This document shows, in pieces, positions 1 through 13,600 of a DNA stretch of 64,000 bases. The notes beneath the pieces were generated by a model. It saw nothing but the letters and a program-made list of their open reading frames with translations, ran no database searches and had not been told where the DNA came from. Location: positions 1-64,000 of the forward strand of contig CAWFCQ010000005.1 in NCBI GenBank assembly GCA_963814375.1, given 5' to 3'. This stretch comes from an uncultured Chloroflexia bacterium (GTDB taxonomy: Bacteria; Chloroflexota; Limnocylindria; QHBO01). The number at the start of each line of letters is the position of its first letter. Position 1 is the first letter of the stretch. The position numbers and the translations under genes are program-made.

Positions 1-588
1 CCGTCCGTCGTCGTCGCGTGCGGGGCGCTCGCCGCCTATGCGCTCTCCCGCTTCGAATTCCGGGGCCGCGAGTCGTTCTACACGCTCTTCACGCTCGGAC
101 TGCTGTTCCCGGTCAGCGTCGGCATCCTCCCGCTCTACCTCCTACTGCGACAGCTCGGCCTGCTGGACACGGCGCTCGGCATCGCGCTGCCCGAGGCGGC
201 GTTCGGGTTGCCGATCACGATCGTGATCCTGCGACCGTTCATGCGCGCCATCCCCATGGAGCTCGAGGACGCGGCGGCGATCGACGGCTGCTCGAGGTTC
301 GGCTTCTTCTGGCGCATCCTCGTCCCGCTCTCGCGTCCTGCGCTGATCACCGTCGCGATCCTCGCCGTCGTGACGAGCTGGAACATGTTCCTGCTTCCGC
401 TCGTCGTGCTCAACGACCAGTCGGAGTGGACGCTCCCGCTCGGGGTGTCCGCCTACTCGACGGAGTACACGCAGGACACAGCGCGCGTGCTCGCTTTCAC
501 GGCCCTTTCGATGGTGCCCGCGCTCGCGTTCTTCGTCTTCGCCGGGCGGCGGATCGTCGGCGGCTTCTCAGGAGCGGTCAAGGGCTGA
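1..588 (+). CDS. Carbohydrate ABC transporter permease (MalG-like), 5' truncated by window edge
   Basis: Frame 1 open from position 1; hydrophobic helices, EAA loop (IPMELEDAAAIDGCS) and C-terminal GAVKG typical of CUT1 permeases. Confidence 0.93.
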   Translation, partial: PSVVVACGALAAYALSRFEFRGRESFYTLFTLGLLFPVSVGILPLYLLLRQLGLLDTALGIALPEAAFGLPITIVILRPFMRAIPMELEDAAAIDGCSRFGFFWRILVPLSRPALITVAILAVVTSWNMFLLPLVVLNDQSEWTLPLGVSAYSTEYTQDTARVLAFTALSMVPALAFFVFAGRRIVGGFSGAVKG

Positions 589-2118
589 CCGCGCGGGAGG
601 CCCCCAACCCGATCCTCCCCGGGATGTACCCCGACCCGAGCGTGTGCCGGGTCGGCCGCGACGCCTATCTCGTCACGAGCAGCTTCGAGTACTTCCCGGG
701 CGTCCCGATCTTCCGCAGCCGAAACCTCGTCGACTGGCAACAGGTCGGCCACGTCCTCACCCGGCGGAGCCAGCTCGACCTGACCGGCACAGCGAGCTCC
801 GGCGGCATCTACGCGCCGACGCTCCGCTTCCACGACGGCACCTTCTACCTGGTCACCACGCACGCCGGTCGCGGCAACTTCGTCGTCACCGCGAGCCGTC
901 CGCAAGGCCCGTGGTCGGACCCCATGTGGCTCGACGAGGACGGCGTCGACCCATCGCTCGCCTTCCTCGACGGCCGTGTCCACTACACACGCAACGGACA
1001 GGGCAGCGACGCCGACCACCCTTTCGTCTACCACGGCGAGCTCACGTCGTCGGCCGGCGGCCTCAGCTTGAACGTCCGGCTCGCGTGATCTGGAAGGGGA
1101 CGGGTGGCATCTGGCCCGAGGCGCCGCACCTCTACCGCCACGGTCGGCACTACTACCTCGTCACCGCCGAGGGGGGCACGAGCTACGGGCACTCGGTCGT
1201 CGTCGCGCGCAGCAGGAGAGCCGACGGTCCGTACGAGGCGTCGCCGCACGGCCCGCTCGTCACGCACCGTGACAGGCCGCGCGACCCGATCCAGGCGGTC
1301 GGCCACGCCGACCTGGTCGACCTCGACGACGGCAGCACGTGGGCCGTGCTGCTCGGCGTCCGCGTCACCGGCGGGCGGCACCATCACCTCGGGCGCGAGA
1401 CGTTCCTGGCGCCGGTCACCTGGGGTGACGACGGCTGGCCGCGCATGGAGCCCGTGCGGCCGATGGTGCGAGTGCCGGGCGCGGACCAGCCGCCGGCCCG
1501 GGCAGCGGCGCGCGACGACTTCGACTCTCGACGGCTCGCCCGCTGCGGATGTTCGTGCGCAACCCCGACGCGCGCGACTGGTCGCTCGGCCCGCGTCCCG
1601 GATACCTGCGCCTGTGGGGATCTGCCGCGACCCTGAACGACCTCGGCTCCCCCACCCTGCTCTGCCGCCGCCAGCAGCACTTCGACGTCGTGGCGCGGAC
1701 ACGCATCGAGTTCGAGCCGCACAGTGACGACGAGCAGGCCGGGCTCTGCGTACGCGCGAGCGACGAGTTCCATGCCGCGCTGCTCGTCGGGCGCCGTGGG
1801 CGCCGGCGCGAGCTTGTGCTGCTCAGGACGCTCGGCGGCCGCACCGTCGTCGCAGGGCGCTCGGAGATCGGCACCGGACCGCTGACGCTCGAGCTGTCGG
1901 CGACGAGGGACGCGTACGTGTTCCGCGGGGGCACTGGACGGCGCCTGGGCACCCTGGGCTCGATCTCGACGCGAGCACTGTCGGCCGAGACGATCACGCG
2001 GCGCACCGGCCGCCACCACTTCACCGGCTGCGTGATCGGGCTCGTGGCGACGGGCAACGGCCGCCGCTCGACGTCGCCTGCAGACTTTGACTGGTTCGAC
2101 TACCTGCCGGCGGACTGA
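585..2118 (+). CDS. GH43 beta-xylosidase/arabinofuranosidase, frameshifted near 1085 and 1540
   Basis: NPILPGMYPDPSVCR, SSFEYFPGVPIF, WPEAPHLY, GHADLVD, HLGRETFL and C-terminal ADFDWFDY distributed over three frames. Confidence 0.92.
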
Positions 2119-2153
2119 GCGGGGCGCGCATGCGCCGACGGCCAGGCCTCTGG

Positions 2154-3394
2154 TCAGCGGCCGGCCTTGGTTTGCCGGCGCTTCAGGATGGTGTCGGTGA
2201 TCACCGCGATGAGCAGGATCACACCGGTAGCGATGTAGATCTCGCCGGCGGAGCGATTCTGGGTGTTGAGGCCGTTCGCGATCGTCGCGACGACCATCGC
2301 GCCGAGGAGTGCGCCTCGCACCTCGCCGCGGCCACCGAAGAGGCTGTGCCGCCGATCACGGCGGCCGAGATCGCGTCGATCAGGAGCGTGCCGCCGCCCG
2401 GGGTGATGTTGACGCTCTGCAGGCGCGCTGCGAGGACAATGCCGCCGAGCCGGCCATCACGGAGGAGATCACGAAGACGAGATCCGAACGCGCGACACGT
2501 TGATGCCGCCGCGCCGCGCGGCCTCGGCGTTGCCGCCGACGGCGTATACGTGTCGGCCGAATGCGGTCCGCTTCGCGAGATAGGTGAGGCCGACGAGGAT
2601 GATGATCACGAGAGGCAGCGCCGACGGGCCGACCTCGGAGGCGTGCCGCGGCAGGCGGTCGGCCGGCGTGGACAGAGCCGCGACCCCCACCACCTTCGCG
2701 ACCGACGAGTAGGGGATCCTGTCTCCCACGCCGTGGCGGCGATCCGGGAGCTAATCCACCGAGGACGATCGCCGTAGGGGCCGGTCGATCGCGGCGATCA
2801 GCCAGGCGACGTTGGCGGAGAAGAAGTAGCCGGCGACGTTGTTGATCCAGTTGTCCTCGATGATGATCGTGTCGCGCGCCTGGAGGGTCTTCTGAATGAC
2901 GCCCTGCCAGATCGAGGAGGCCGGCAAGCGTGACGACGAACGACGGCACGCCGACTCGAGCGACGATCGAGCCTTGAAAGAGGCGATCGCCGCGCATGCG
3001 AGCAGAGCAACGCCGATGGCGAGGACACCCCCGGAATCGGACCCACGTCGGGTAGTCGTGCGCTGACAGGGCAGTTGCATCTCGGCCACCGACGACGCCG
3101 GCCACACCGCTGACGAACGCCGATCGAGAGATCGATCTCGCCGATCAGGAGGACGAAGACGACACCGTAGGCGAGCATCGTCGTGCCGGCCATCTGCACG
3201 ATGATGTTGTTGAAGTTGACGGCGCTGAAGAAGTTGTCGCGGTGAAGCCGAAGTAGGTGACCATGATCGCGAGCGACGACCACCACCGGCCAGCTGCCGA
3301 GGTTGCCCGCGCGGACGTTCTCGCGGATGCGAAACGGGATCGCGCCGAACCCGGTCGGCTCGATCGTCCGGAGCGACCGCGTCGGCGCTCGAGC

Positions 3395-3398
<4 letters not shown>
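2154..3398 (-). CDS. Monosaccharide (xylose-type) ABC permease, several frameshifts
   Basis: VFVLLIGEIDLSIG, VPSFVVTLAG, RTAFGRHVYAVGGNAEAARRGGINV motifs; lies with ATPase and binding protein. Confidence 0.88.
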
Positions 3399-4198
<800 letters not shown>

Positions 4199-4226
4199 GT
4201 TGGTCCCTGGGGTCGAAGAGACGACT

Positions 4227-4256
4227 AGGGGGCCGCCCAGGCGTGGGCGGCCCCCT
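4227..4256. terminator. 13-bp GC-rich hairpin between binding-protein and ATPase genes (terminator or mRNA-stabilising stem)
   Basis: AGGGGGCCGCCCA-GGCG-TGGGCGGCCCCCT perfect inverted repeat just after the binding-protein stop. Confidence 0.7.
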
Positions 4257-4273
4257 CGTCGATGGTGGTCAGC

Positions 4274-5344
4274 CTACGCGGGCTTGATGCAGTACTTCGC
4301 GTACTCGCCGTTGCACACGTCCTTCCTCTTCAGGAACCCGCTCGTGAAGAGCCTCCTGAAGTTCGCCTTGGTGATGCTCTCGGACGCGATGAGCGATCGC
4401 CTTCTCCGGCCCGTGGCCCTTCGTCTTCACGATGGACGTGTGCTTGATCGGCTTGTTGTTCAGCAGCGCGACGGCCGTGTTCGCCGCGACGCGGCAAGCT
4501 TCCGCACGTCCTTGAACACCGTCGTCGTCTGCCAGCCGGAGATGATGTTCTGCACGCCCTGCGGCGTCGCGTCCTGGCCGCTCAGCGGAATCGGCTTCAG
4601 CCCGTGGGTCTTGAGGGCTACCGCGACCGAGTTGGCAAGGTTGTCGTTCGCCGCCACGACACCGTCGATCTTGTTGCCCGTCTTGACGAGCATCTGCTCG
4701 AAGATCGTCGAGGCATTGTGCCGTCCCACTCCGGGCACGAACTGCTGCGGCCCCTTCGTCAGGGCTCCCGACTTGTACAGCGGGTTCATGACCTCGATCG
4801 ACCCCACTCTTGAACAGGAACGCGTTGGGGTCGGTCTGACCGCCCCAGAGCGAGGCGACGACGGGCTTGGACCGTACTTGCCCTTCGCCTTCAGACCGGC
4901 GATGCACGGACCTGCCCTGGAGCACGCCGACCGACTTCCCGTTGAAGGAGACGTACACCGCGGCGACGCCCCCGTCGACCTGACGGTCGTAGTCGATCGA
5001 CTTCGCGCCCTGCGCCTTGGCCTTCTTCTGGATCGCGGCCGCCGAACCGGAGTCGAGCGGGGCGATGATGCAGGACCTTGGCGCCGTTGGCGAGGCACTG
5101 ATCGGCCTGTGCGCGTCATCTTCTGCGGGTCGTTGAGCGCGTTGACGATCGTGTGGCTGACCTTCGCAGCCGTGAGCGTCTTGGCGAGGAACGGACGGTC
5201 GAACTGCTCCCAGCGAATGGACGACTTCGTGTCCGGGAGCAAGACGCAGACGTCCGCGTCTGCCTGGCCCTTCGCGAGCCCGGCAGCGGCGGCGAGACCT
5301 GCCCCCAGTGCCACGATCGCGAGCGAGACGATGACTCTCTTCAC
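4274..5344 (-). CDS. Sugar ABC substrate-binding protein (XylF/ChvE-like), frameshifted
   Basis: Signal peptide, LLPDTKSSIRWEQFDRP, YVSFNGKSVG, VVAAND, SGQDAT motifs. Confidence 0.9.
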
Positions 5345-5481
5345 TCTTTGTTCCTCCTCTGTCGGTACCTCCCGACGCAGGACGCTACTGCGTCCGGCGC
5401 CGACGTTCAATCCTAGTGCACCAGGGGCGCAGCCGGACACCCTGCCGGGGGCACGACGAGTGGGTGCGATGATCGTCATGA

Positions 5482-6481
5482 GTGATCGCCGACGCACACA
5501 CCGATCTCCTGCTCGAGCTCGCCTACCGGGAGCACCGGCTCGGAGAGTCCGACGTGTTCGCCCGTACCTGGTTGCCGGCTCTGGAGGCCGGCGGCGTGGG
5601 GCTCCAGGTCTGCCCCGTCTACGTGGACATCGCCGTGCAGCCCGAAGGCGCGCTGCGCGAGGCGCTCGGACAGGTCGCCTCGTTTCACCGTGCGCTGCGC
5701 GAGAACCAGGATCGCGTCATCCATGTGCGCACGGCGGCCGACCTCGACGTGGTGGCGGCCGGCGAGCGGATCGGTCTCCTCCTCTCACTCGAGGGCGTCG
5801 AGCAGTTCGGCGTCGAGACCTGGCCTGCCGACGTCTTCCACGAGCTCGGCGTGCGCATGGCCGGGCTGACCTGGAACCGGCGTAATGCGTTCGCGGACGG
5901 AGCTGCCGAGGAGGGTGGCGGACTGTCGCGGCTCGGCCGCGAGCTGGTGGACAGGCTCGTCTCGCTCGGCGTCGTCCTCGACCTCGCGCATGCGTCGCGT
6001 GGCACCTTCACACAAGTCCTCGAGCGGGTCGAAGGCGCGCCCGTGCTCTACTCGCACGGCGGGTGCCGTGCCCTGCACGACACACCACGCAACCTCGACG
6101 ACGACCAGCTCCGCGCGCTCGCCAAGGCGAACGGGCTGTTCGGCCTGATGCTCCATCCACTCGCCATCGACCCGGTCGATCGCACGATCGACCGCGCGAT
6201 CGACCATCTCGAGCACGCGGCCGAGGTGATGGGCTCGGAACGGGTGTGCCTCGGCGGCGACTTCACGCGCCGCATCTGGGAGGCGATGCCCGCCCCGCCC
6301 GAGCCGAAGGACGGCCTCGCTCCGCCCGGGCTGCAACCGGGCCGGGGGATCGACGGCCTCACCGGACCCGAGCACTACCAGGCGCTCGTCGCCGGACTGC
6401 GCACTCGCGGCTGGGCGCGAGGAGCAGATCACCGCCGTGACGGGAGGGAACCTCCTGCGCTTCCTGCGCGACGCCCTGTAG
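5482..6481 (+). CDS. Membrane dipeptidase (peptidase M19), frameshift near 6420
   Basis: DAHTD, LSLEG, GLTWNRRN, LDLAHAS, SHGG, RNLDD, CLGGDF motifs. Confidence 0.9.
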
Positions 6482-6526
6482 CAGACGCCGGGAGCGTCGT
6501 CCGGACGACGCGGTAGGAACAGCTGC

Positions 6527-7696
6527 GTGACCACGATCGAAGCGCTTACCGGGCCGGAGACGGAAGCCGAGCAGGAGCGCCGCACGAGCTACCTGGAGCT
6601 GTTCTTCGACCTGGTGTTCGTGTTCGCCATCACGCAGGTCACGACGCTGATCATCGACGACCCGACCGCGGGCGGCTTTGCGCGCGGCGCTCTCCTGCTC
6701 TGGCTCGTGTGGTGGGCCTGGGGCGGTTACGCGTGGATGACGAACGCGATCTCGATCGAGAGCCGCGGCGTGCGGATCGCGTTCCTCTGCGTCACGCTCG
6801 GCTGCTTCTTCGTCGCGATCGGCGTCCCAGGGGCGTTCGGCGATGAAGGGCTGTGGTTCGCCGTGCCGTACTTCGCCGTCCGCGCGGCGCACGTCGGCCT
6901 CTACCTCTGGGGGCTACGCCTGGCACCGGAGCACCAGGCCGCGGTGCGAAAGCTGGCTCCCTGGTTCCTGCTCGCGCCGACGGTCGTTCTCGTCGGAGGC
7001 TTTCTCGAAGGCGACGCCCGCACCATCGCGTGGCTCACCGCTGCGGCAATCGACATCCTCGGCGCGCTGAACGTCAGCAACGCAGGGTTTCGCGTCTCCG
7101 CGGCGCATTTCGCCGAGCGCTACGGGCTGTTCATGATCATCGCTCTCGGTGAGTCGATCGTCGCCGTCGGGGTCGGCGCCGCCGACGCTCCCCGCGACGC
7201 GCTCTTCGCTGCAACGGTCGTGGTCGCCTTCGCCGGCGTTGCGATGCTCTGGTGGGCGTACTTCGACTTCCTCGCCCTCGGGGCGGAGCGCGCGCTGACC
7301 CGCACGCCGATCGAGCGCCGAGGGCCGGTCGCTCGCGACATCTACTCGTTCTTCCACTTCATGTTCGTGCTCGGTGTCATCTTCTTCGCCGTCGGCGCCA
7401 AGAAGACGCTCGAGCACCCGGACGAGCCGCTCTCGGCAGCCGGGCGCTGGGCGCTCGGGATCGGCGCCTCCGTGTACCTGCTCGGCTCGGTCGTCGGCCG
7501 GTTCCGCGCCATCCGCAGGATCGCCTGGGAGCGCGCGCTCGGAGCCGCTGCGGCACTCGCGGCCGTGGCGGTGCTCGACGGCCTCGACGCGGTCCTGCTC
7601 CTCTTCGTGGTCATCTGTGTCATCGGCACGGTCGTGGTCGTCGAGTCTGCCCGCCTCCGCGAGTTCCGGCGCAGCCTGGTCGAGCACGAGCCCTAG
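6527..7696 (+). CDS. ltrA: Low temperature requirement protein A (LtrA family membrane protein)
   Basis: ELFFDLVFVFAITQ and HFAERYGLFMIIALGESIV signatures. Confidence 0.92.
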   Translation: MTTIEALTGPETEAEQERRTSYLELFFDLVFVFAITQVTTLIIDDPTAGGFARGALLLWLVWWAWGGYAWMTNAISIESRGVRIAFLCVTLGCFFVAIGVPGAFGDEGLWFAVPYFAVRAAHVGLYLWGLRLAPEHQAAVRKLAPWFLLAPTVVLVGGFLEGDARTIAWLTAAAIDILGALNVSNAGFRVSAAHFAERYGLFMIIALGESIVAVGVGAADAPRDALFAATVVVAFAGVAMLWWAYFDFLALGAERALTRTPIERRGPVARDIYSFFHFMFVLGVIFFAVGAKKTLEHPDEPLSAAGRWALGIGASVYLLGSVVGRFRAIRRIAWERALGAAAALAAVAVLDGLDAVLLLFVVICVIGTVVVVESARLREFRRSLVEHEP

Positions 7697-7778
7697 CCCA
7701 CGGCGGAGACCCTGGAGCCGCCTTGCGGCGCAAGAGCTTCCGCGCTCAGGTCATCCGCCGAGAGCGAAGCGGCCCGCT

Positions 7779-8459
7779 TCAGAGAGACGCGCCGCCGTCG
7801 ACGACGATCGTGGTGCCGGTCACGTACGAGGCGTCGTCGGACAGCAACCAGGCGACGACCCCGGCTACCTCCCCCAGCCCACCGAGCCGGCCGAGCGGCA
7901 CCCCGGCGGCGAGCTCGTCGAGCCGCGCGCCGGCGAGCTCGCGCACCGTTTCGCCGTCGAGCGTTCCCGGTGCCACCGCGTTGACCGTGACACCGGATCC
8001 CGCCAGCGCCGCGGCCGCCCTGCGCGTGAGCGTGATCAGCGCCGCCTTCGACGAGGCGTAGTGGGCGCCCGTGACGCCGATCCCGCGGAAGGCCGAGTCG
8101 GAGGCGACGTTGACGATCCTCCCACCCCCACGTTCGCGCAGGAGCGGTGCGATCGACTGTGTACCGAGAAACGGCCCGCGCAGATTCGTGGCGAGCACGT
8201 CGTCCCACTCGTCGACGTCGATGTCGAACAGGTCGCGCACCACGGTGCGGGCGGCACAGTTGACGAGACCCCAGGGCTCGCCGGCCGTAGCCAGCGCGCT
8301 TGCCGCCGTGACCCAATCCGTCTGGTCGCGGACGTCCAGGCGGAGTCCCTCGCTCGCGGTCAGGTCCGTCGCCACCACCGCGTACCCGTCGGCGCGCAGG
8401 CGCTCGGCGATCGCGGCGCCGAGGCCGCGCGCGGCGCCGGTGACGAGAACCGCCCTCAC
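7779..8459 (-). CDS. SDR family oxidoreductase
   Basis: TGAARGLG, LVNCA, YASSK catalytic motif, VNAVAPG. Confidence 0.92.
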   Translation of the reverse strand: MRAVLVTGAARGLGAAIAERLRADGYAVVATDLTASEGLRLDVRDQTDWVTAASALATAGEPWGLVNCAARTVVRDLFDIDVDEWDDVLATNLRGPFLGTQSIAPLLRERGGGRIVNVASDSAFRGIGVTGAHYASSKAALITLTRRAAAALAGSGVTVNAVAPGTLDGETVRELAGARLDELAAGVPLGRLGGLGEVAGVVAWLLSDDASYVTGTTIVVDGGASL

Positions 8460-9452
8460 GCGGGGTGTTGGAGGCTGCGCACGGAGAGGTGCTGTGGCCG
8501 GGCGACGAGAAGGCTCGCGCCGACGGCGCCTCCCATGTCTCCGAGCTCCGCCAGCTTGTACACGCGGCGGATCGCGGAAGAACGTGTGCGCTCCGGCCGC
8601 CTTCTCGATTCGCTTCAGCCAGACAGGGCCCAGCCGCTCCCCGAGGCCCCCGCCGATCACAACGGCCTCGACGTCGAGCAGCGTCACCGTGGAGCCGATG
8701 GCCACGCCGAGCGCGGAGACGGCTTCCTCGAGCAGGCGTCGCGCGACGGCGTCGCCCGCCTCGAGCGCCCGCAGCCAGACACCACTCGTCAGGGCTTCGC
8801 GTCCCCGCCGCTGCTGAAGGTCGAACAGGATGGTCTTGCGCTTGCGGGCCTCTCGCCGGGCTCGCTCTTCGAGCGCCGCCCGCCCCGCGTAGGCCTCGAG
8901 GCATCCCTTCAGGCCACAGTTGCAGCGCCGGCCGCCCGGCTTCACACACATGTGTCCGATCTCTCCGGCGGAGCCACGGCCGTGGAGCAGCCGGCCGTCG
9001 ATGACCAGCCCACCGCCGATCCCCGTGCCCCAGAAGACGCCGAGGAACGAGCGGACACCGCGCCCGGCACCGAGCCGGCGCTCGGCTTCGGCGGCCACGC
9101 TGACGTCGTTCCCGAGGACGACCGGCACACCGAGACGCTTCGCGAGCGCCGGGCCGAGCGGAAAGGGCTCCCACATTCCGTCGATGTTCGCCGCCTGCTG
9201 GACGGTGCCGCTGCCCGCCTCGACGCTGCCGGGCGATCCCACGCCGACACACGCGAGCTCGTTGACACGGACACCGGCGTCCGTTGCCGCCTCGCGGATC
9301 GCGAGGGCGAGGTCGTGCTCGACGGTCGCAGGCCCGCCCTGGCGCGGCGTGTCACGCCGGGCTTGTCCGACCACCTTGCCACCGCGTGCCGTCACCACGG
9401 CCTGGATCTTCGTCCCGCCGAGGTCGAGCCCGCCGCGCAACACCCTGCTCAC
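8456..9452 (-). CDS. ROK family sugar kinase, frameshift near 8565
   Basis: GLDLGGTKI, NDVSVAA, GTGIGGG, GEIGH-x-C..CNCGLKGCLE zinc motif. Confidence 0.92.
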
Positions 9453-9964
9453 GTGAGTCGTCTGACCACGTGCTCCAGCGGCCGGCGGTTGGCCCGGGCG
9501 CTCCACTCCGAGGCCGGCCGTGACTCCGGGTCACGCACGCGTTGTGGCCGGCCGAACGACAGGACGATGACCGGCGACTCGTCGGCTCCGAGGTCGAGCG
9601 CGGCATGCGCGGCGTCCTTGTCGCTGATGCCGTTCGGGCAGGAAGCGACCCCCTCGTTCCACGCCGTGATCAGCATGTTCTGCGCCGCCCGACCCGCGTC
9701 GAACGACACAGGCCCTTTTCCCGCGACCACGATCGCGACGACGAGGCCGGCACCGAGGACGTTGTCCGGGACGTAGACCGTCGCCGCGAGCGCCTCCACA
9801 CGCCGGCGCTCCGTCGGCAGGACGAAGGTCCACGGCTGCCTGTTGCTCGCCGAGCCCGCGAGCCTGCCGGAATCGAGGATTCGGGTCACGACGTCGTCGG
9901 AGAGCGGCTCGCCGCTGTAGCGACGCTCGTCGCGTCTGCTCGCGATCGCGAGAAAGGCGTCCAC
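9449..9964 (-). CDS. Nitroreductase family protein
   Basis: RRDERRY, AGSASNRQPW, QNMLITAWNEGVASC. Confidence 0.9.
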   Translation of the reverse strand: MDAFLAIASRRDERRYSGEPLSDDVVTRILDSGRLAGSASNRQPWTFVLPTERRRVEALAATVYVPDNVLGAGLVVAIVVAGKGPVSFDAGRAAQNMLITAWNEGVASCPNGISDKDAAHAALDLGADESPVIVLSFGRPQRVRDPESRPASEWSARANRRPLEHVVRRLT

Positions 9965-9984
9965 GCGAGTAGCGTAGTGGCGCG

Positions 9985-10197
9985 ATGACCGAGCAAGCGA
10001 AGGTGAGCCTCCTGCGCTGGCTTCGCCGCCAGCTGCGGCAGCCGACACCGCAGCGCGAGCACCTCGAGGCGGCGGTGGCGCACGACGATCCCGCCGAGGC
10101 CCGGCGAATGCTGGCCCGGTTCGATTTCACCGATGCGCAGCGCCGGCACGTCGAGGAGCTGATCGACGAATGGGAGCGCAGCAGTGCAGGCCGCTGA
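9985..10197 (+). CDS. Small hypothetical protein
   Basis: 70-aa ORF with typical GC3 bias, overlapping the next gene start. Confidence 0.6.
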   Translation: MTEQAKVSLLRWLRRQLRQPTPQREHLEAAVAHDDPAEARRMLARFDFTDAQRRHVEELIDEWERSSAGR

Positions 10198-10580
10198 GAA
10201 CGAGGCCGTCGTGCGCCGAATCTTCGACGCGTTCGCGCGCAAGCAGGGCCTCGCCCTGCGCGGGCTGTTCGCCGCGGATGCGGTGTGGACGGTTCCCGGA
10301 ACGCGGGATCATGGCGGGCGAGCATCGCGGGCGAGAGGCGATTTTCCGCTTCCTCGCTCGGCTGCCGAAGGAGACGGGCGGCACGTACGACTCGAAGCTC
10401 GTCGACGTGCTCGCAAGCACAGCGCGCGCGGCAGCCCTCTATCGCGCCACCGGCGAGCGCCGTGGACGACGCCTCGACCTCGACCAGGTGTTGCTCTTCG
10501 GCCTGCAGGAGGGCGTGGTCACCGATGTGCTCGCGCTGCCGTCCGACCCCGCCGCGTTCGACGAGTTCTGGGCACCCTGA
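10184..10580 (+). CDS. SnoaL/NTF2-like protein, frameshift near 10300
   Basis: NEAVVRRIFDAF..LFAADAVWTVPG..GEHRGREAI..AFDEFWA. Confidence 0.82.
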
Positions 10581-10604
10581 ACGGCTGCGTACCATGAACG
10601 CTCG

Positions 10605-13600
10605 ATGAGCGCTCCCGCCGTCGCCGTCGGTAGGCCGTGCGTCCGGATCCGTGGCACGTCGTACCCGGTGGTGCTGCCGACGCTCCGCGACCCGCGCCTG
10701 CATCTCGCGGCCGTGATCATCTCGTTGCAGGTGCTCGGGCAGGTCGCGTTCGAGTTTCGCCTGTCGATCGCGCAGATCCTCGTGGCGGTGCTCACCTGCG
10801 GGGTGCTCGAGGTCGGAATCGCGCTGTCGGCGTCAGCGGGTGATCCTGTGGCCGGCGAGCGCGCTGCTGACGGGAAACGGCGTCGCCTTCATCCTGCGCG
10901 TGCCGGGCACGGAACACGGCGACTGGTGGAGCCTCCACGGCGCGTGGATCTTCGCCGGCGCAGCAGCGGTCGGGTTGCTGTCGAAGTACGTGATCCGCCT
11001 CCGCGGCCGTCACCTGTTCAACCCCTCCAACTTCGGTCTCGTCGCCTGCTTCCTCGCTCCTCGGTGCCGCGCGCGCGGAGCCGCTCGACTTCTGGTGGGC
11101 GCCGATGTCGGCCTGGATGGCTCTGGCGCTCGCGATCATCGTCACGGGCGGCCTCGCGATCCTCCGGCGGCTGCGCCTGCTCGAAATCGCAGTCTGGTTC
11201 TGGCTCGCGTTCGCCGCCGGCATCGCCGTGCTCGCCGCCAGCGGGCACGAGATGATCGCCCGCTGGCACCTCGGGCCCGATCGAGGGACCGTACTTCTGG
11301 TGGGTGCTCGTCACCTCCCCGGAGATCCTGGTGTTCCTCTTCTTCATGATCACCGACCCCAAGACGATCCCCGAAGGGCATGTCGCGCGTCGTGTGTACG
11401 CCGTCGGCGTCGGGCTGCTGGCGACGCTGCTCATCGCGCCTCACACGACCGAGTACGCAACGAAGGTGGCCGTGCTCGGCGCCCTCGCGCTCGTCTGCGC
11501 GGCGCGCCCACTGGTCGAATGGCTCTTCCCGGCGACCGGAGAGTCGCGCCTCCACCTGGCGGGCTGGGGCGCGCGCCGCGCGACCGTGGGCGCCGTCACG
11601 CTCGCCGGGGCGGTGGGATTCGTCGGGCTGCTCGTGCTCGCAGGCCTCCCCGGGCCGCACGAGCGCGGCGTCGACGCTGGCGCCGATCGGGGCCGTCGGC
11701 GCACTCCCGCAGGTGACGGTGGCAGAGTCGATCGGCGTCTCAGAGCTCGACCGGCCGACGGCGCTGCAGCTCGCGCGCCACGTCGTCGCCGACCTCGGCA
11801 TCGCCAGAAACGCACTCCGGCGCCGCAACGAAGGTCAGGCCCGCGCCGCCGCGAGCGGTAGCTGGCTCCCCGAGCTCTGGGCGCGGATCCGCGCCGCGGA
11901 GGGAGGCACGATCGTCGTTCCCGTCTACCGCGTCGAGCACATGCAGGTCAGGCTCGAGCCAGGGAAGGGACAGGCGCCGCCTACGGTTGTGGCGCTGCTC
12001 GAAGGGACGGTGACGCTCGAGACGTACGGGCAGTCCGCAACCGCGGTCGAGAGTGTGAGCGACCCCGCGCCCCTCAGGCAGACGATCGAGCTCGCCCTCG
12101 AGGGCGGCCGTTACAAGATCACTCGATTCCGTGGTCCATCCGCTGTGCCGAATGTCGGCGCCCCCGCCGGCGGAGGAGTCGCGTTGGACGGCGTCCAGCT
12201 GACCGATGTCGCCGAGCAGGTCGGGCTCGACTTCCGGCACGGCGCATTCAGGTTCGGCATGTCGCTCGACGTGACGTCGATGATGGGCGGTGGTCTGTGC
12301 TGGCTCGACTACGACGGGGACGGGTGGCTCGACCTGTTCGTCGTCAACTCGTACTCGGATTCCGACGTCGGGCATGTGGCAGCAGCATGGTGGCCTGCCG
12401 CGCAGCGCCCTGTTCCACAACGTGCGGGGCACGTTCGAGGACGTGAGCCGCGGCTCGGGTGCCGATCTTCAGCTGCGCGGCAACGGCTGCGTTGCAGCGG
12501 ACCTCGACCTCGACGGCCACACGGACCTCTACGTGACGACCGCCGGTTACAACGTGGCCGACGGACGGATACGACGCGCTGCTGTGGAACAACGGCGACG
12601 GCACGTTCACCGAAGGCGCGCGCGCCGCCGGGATCAACGCTCCGGCTGGCATGCGGGTGCCGCCGTGGGCGACGTGAACGGCGATGGCCGCCCCGACCTG
12701 TTCGTGGCCGGCTACACCGACCCGAATGCGAAACGCCCGGCTCCGACGAAGGGTTCCCGGCCAATCACCTGGCCGTCGACGACCGCCTCTACCTCAACGA
12801 GGGGCCGGGCGACAACGGCCGCCCGACGTTCCGTGAGGTCGGACGCCAAGCCGGGCTCGAGCGCGCTGCGCTCGACCATGGGCTGGGAGCCCTGTTCACG
12901 GACGTCGACGGTGACGGACGCCTCGATCTCTACGTCGCCAACGACCTCGACCCGAACAGGCTCTACATGAACCGCCGGGCGGGGAAGACGCGCGAGGCCG
13001 GGCTCGACTTTCAGCTCCGGGAGAGCGCACGACGAGAAGGCGTGGCGGACCCGAACGCGGGCATGGGGATCGCGGCCGCCGACTACAGCGCCGACGAGCG
13101 CGCCGATCTCTTCGTGACGAACGCGCGCGGACAACTCCACGCCGCCTACCGGACACGCTCGGCAGGACGCGCGTTCGAAGACGCTCGCCCCGCCTTCGCC
13201 TCGGCTCTCGGCACGCAGCCTCACCGGTTGGGGGGTGTCGTGGGTGGATCTCGACCTCGACGGCAACCTGGAGCTCGTGCTTGCCAACGGCGCCATCCCG
13301 GTGACGAAACTGGCCAAGAACGCCCAGCCGGTTCAGGTGCTCACGCAAGGGAGCGACGGGCAGTTCGTAGACGTCAGCCGTCTTGTCGGGCTGCGTGACG
13401 GCCTGCGCCTCAACGGTCGAGGGCTCGCGGCTGCGGACTACGACAATGACGGTGACGTGGACATCGCGATCAACTCGATCGCCGGCCGCCTGGTGCTGCT
13501 CCGGAGCGTTGGCGCCCTCGGGCACTGGCTCGAGGTGAAGCTCGACACGTTCGCGCCCGGCGCCGTCGTCACCGCCACGCTGCCGGACGGGCGCACACTG

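Noticed and set aside
7779-9506. 575-aa ROK kinase-SDR fusion ORF
   Set aside because: A frame change near 8565 restores the normal ROK ending (YKLAELGDMGGAVGA) and a stop overlapping the SDR GTG; the fusion is an indel artefact
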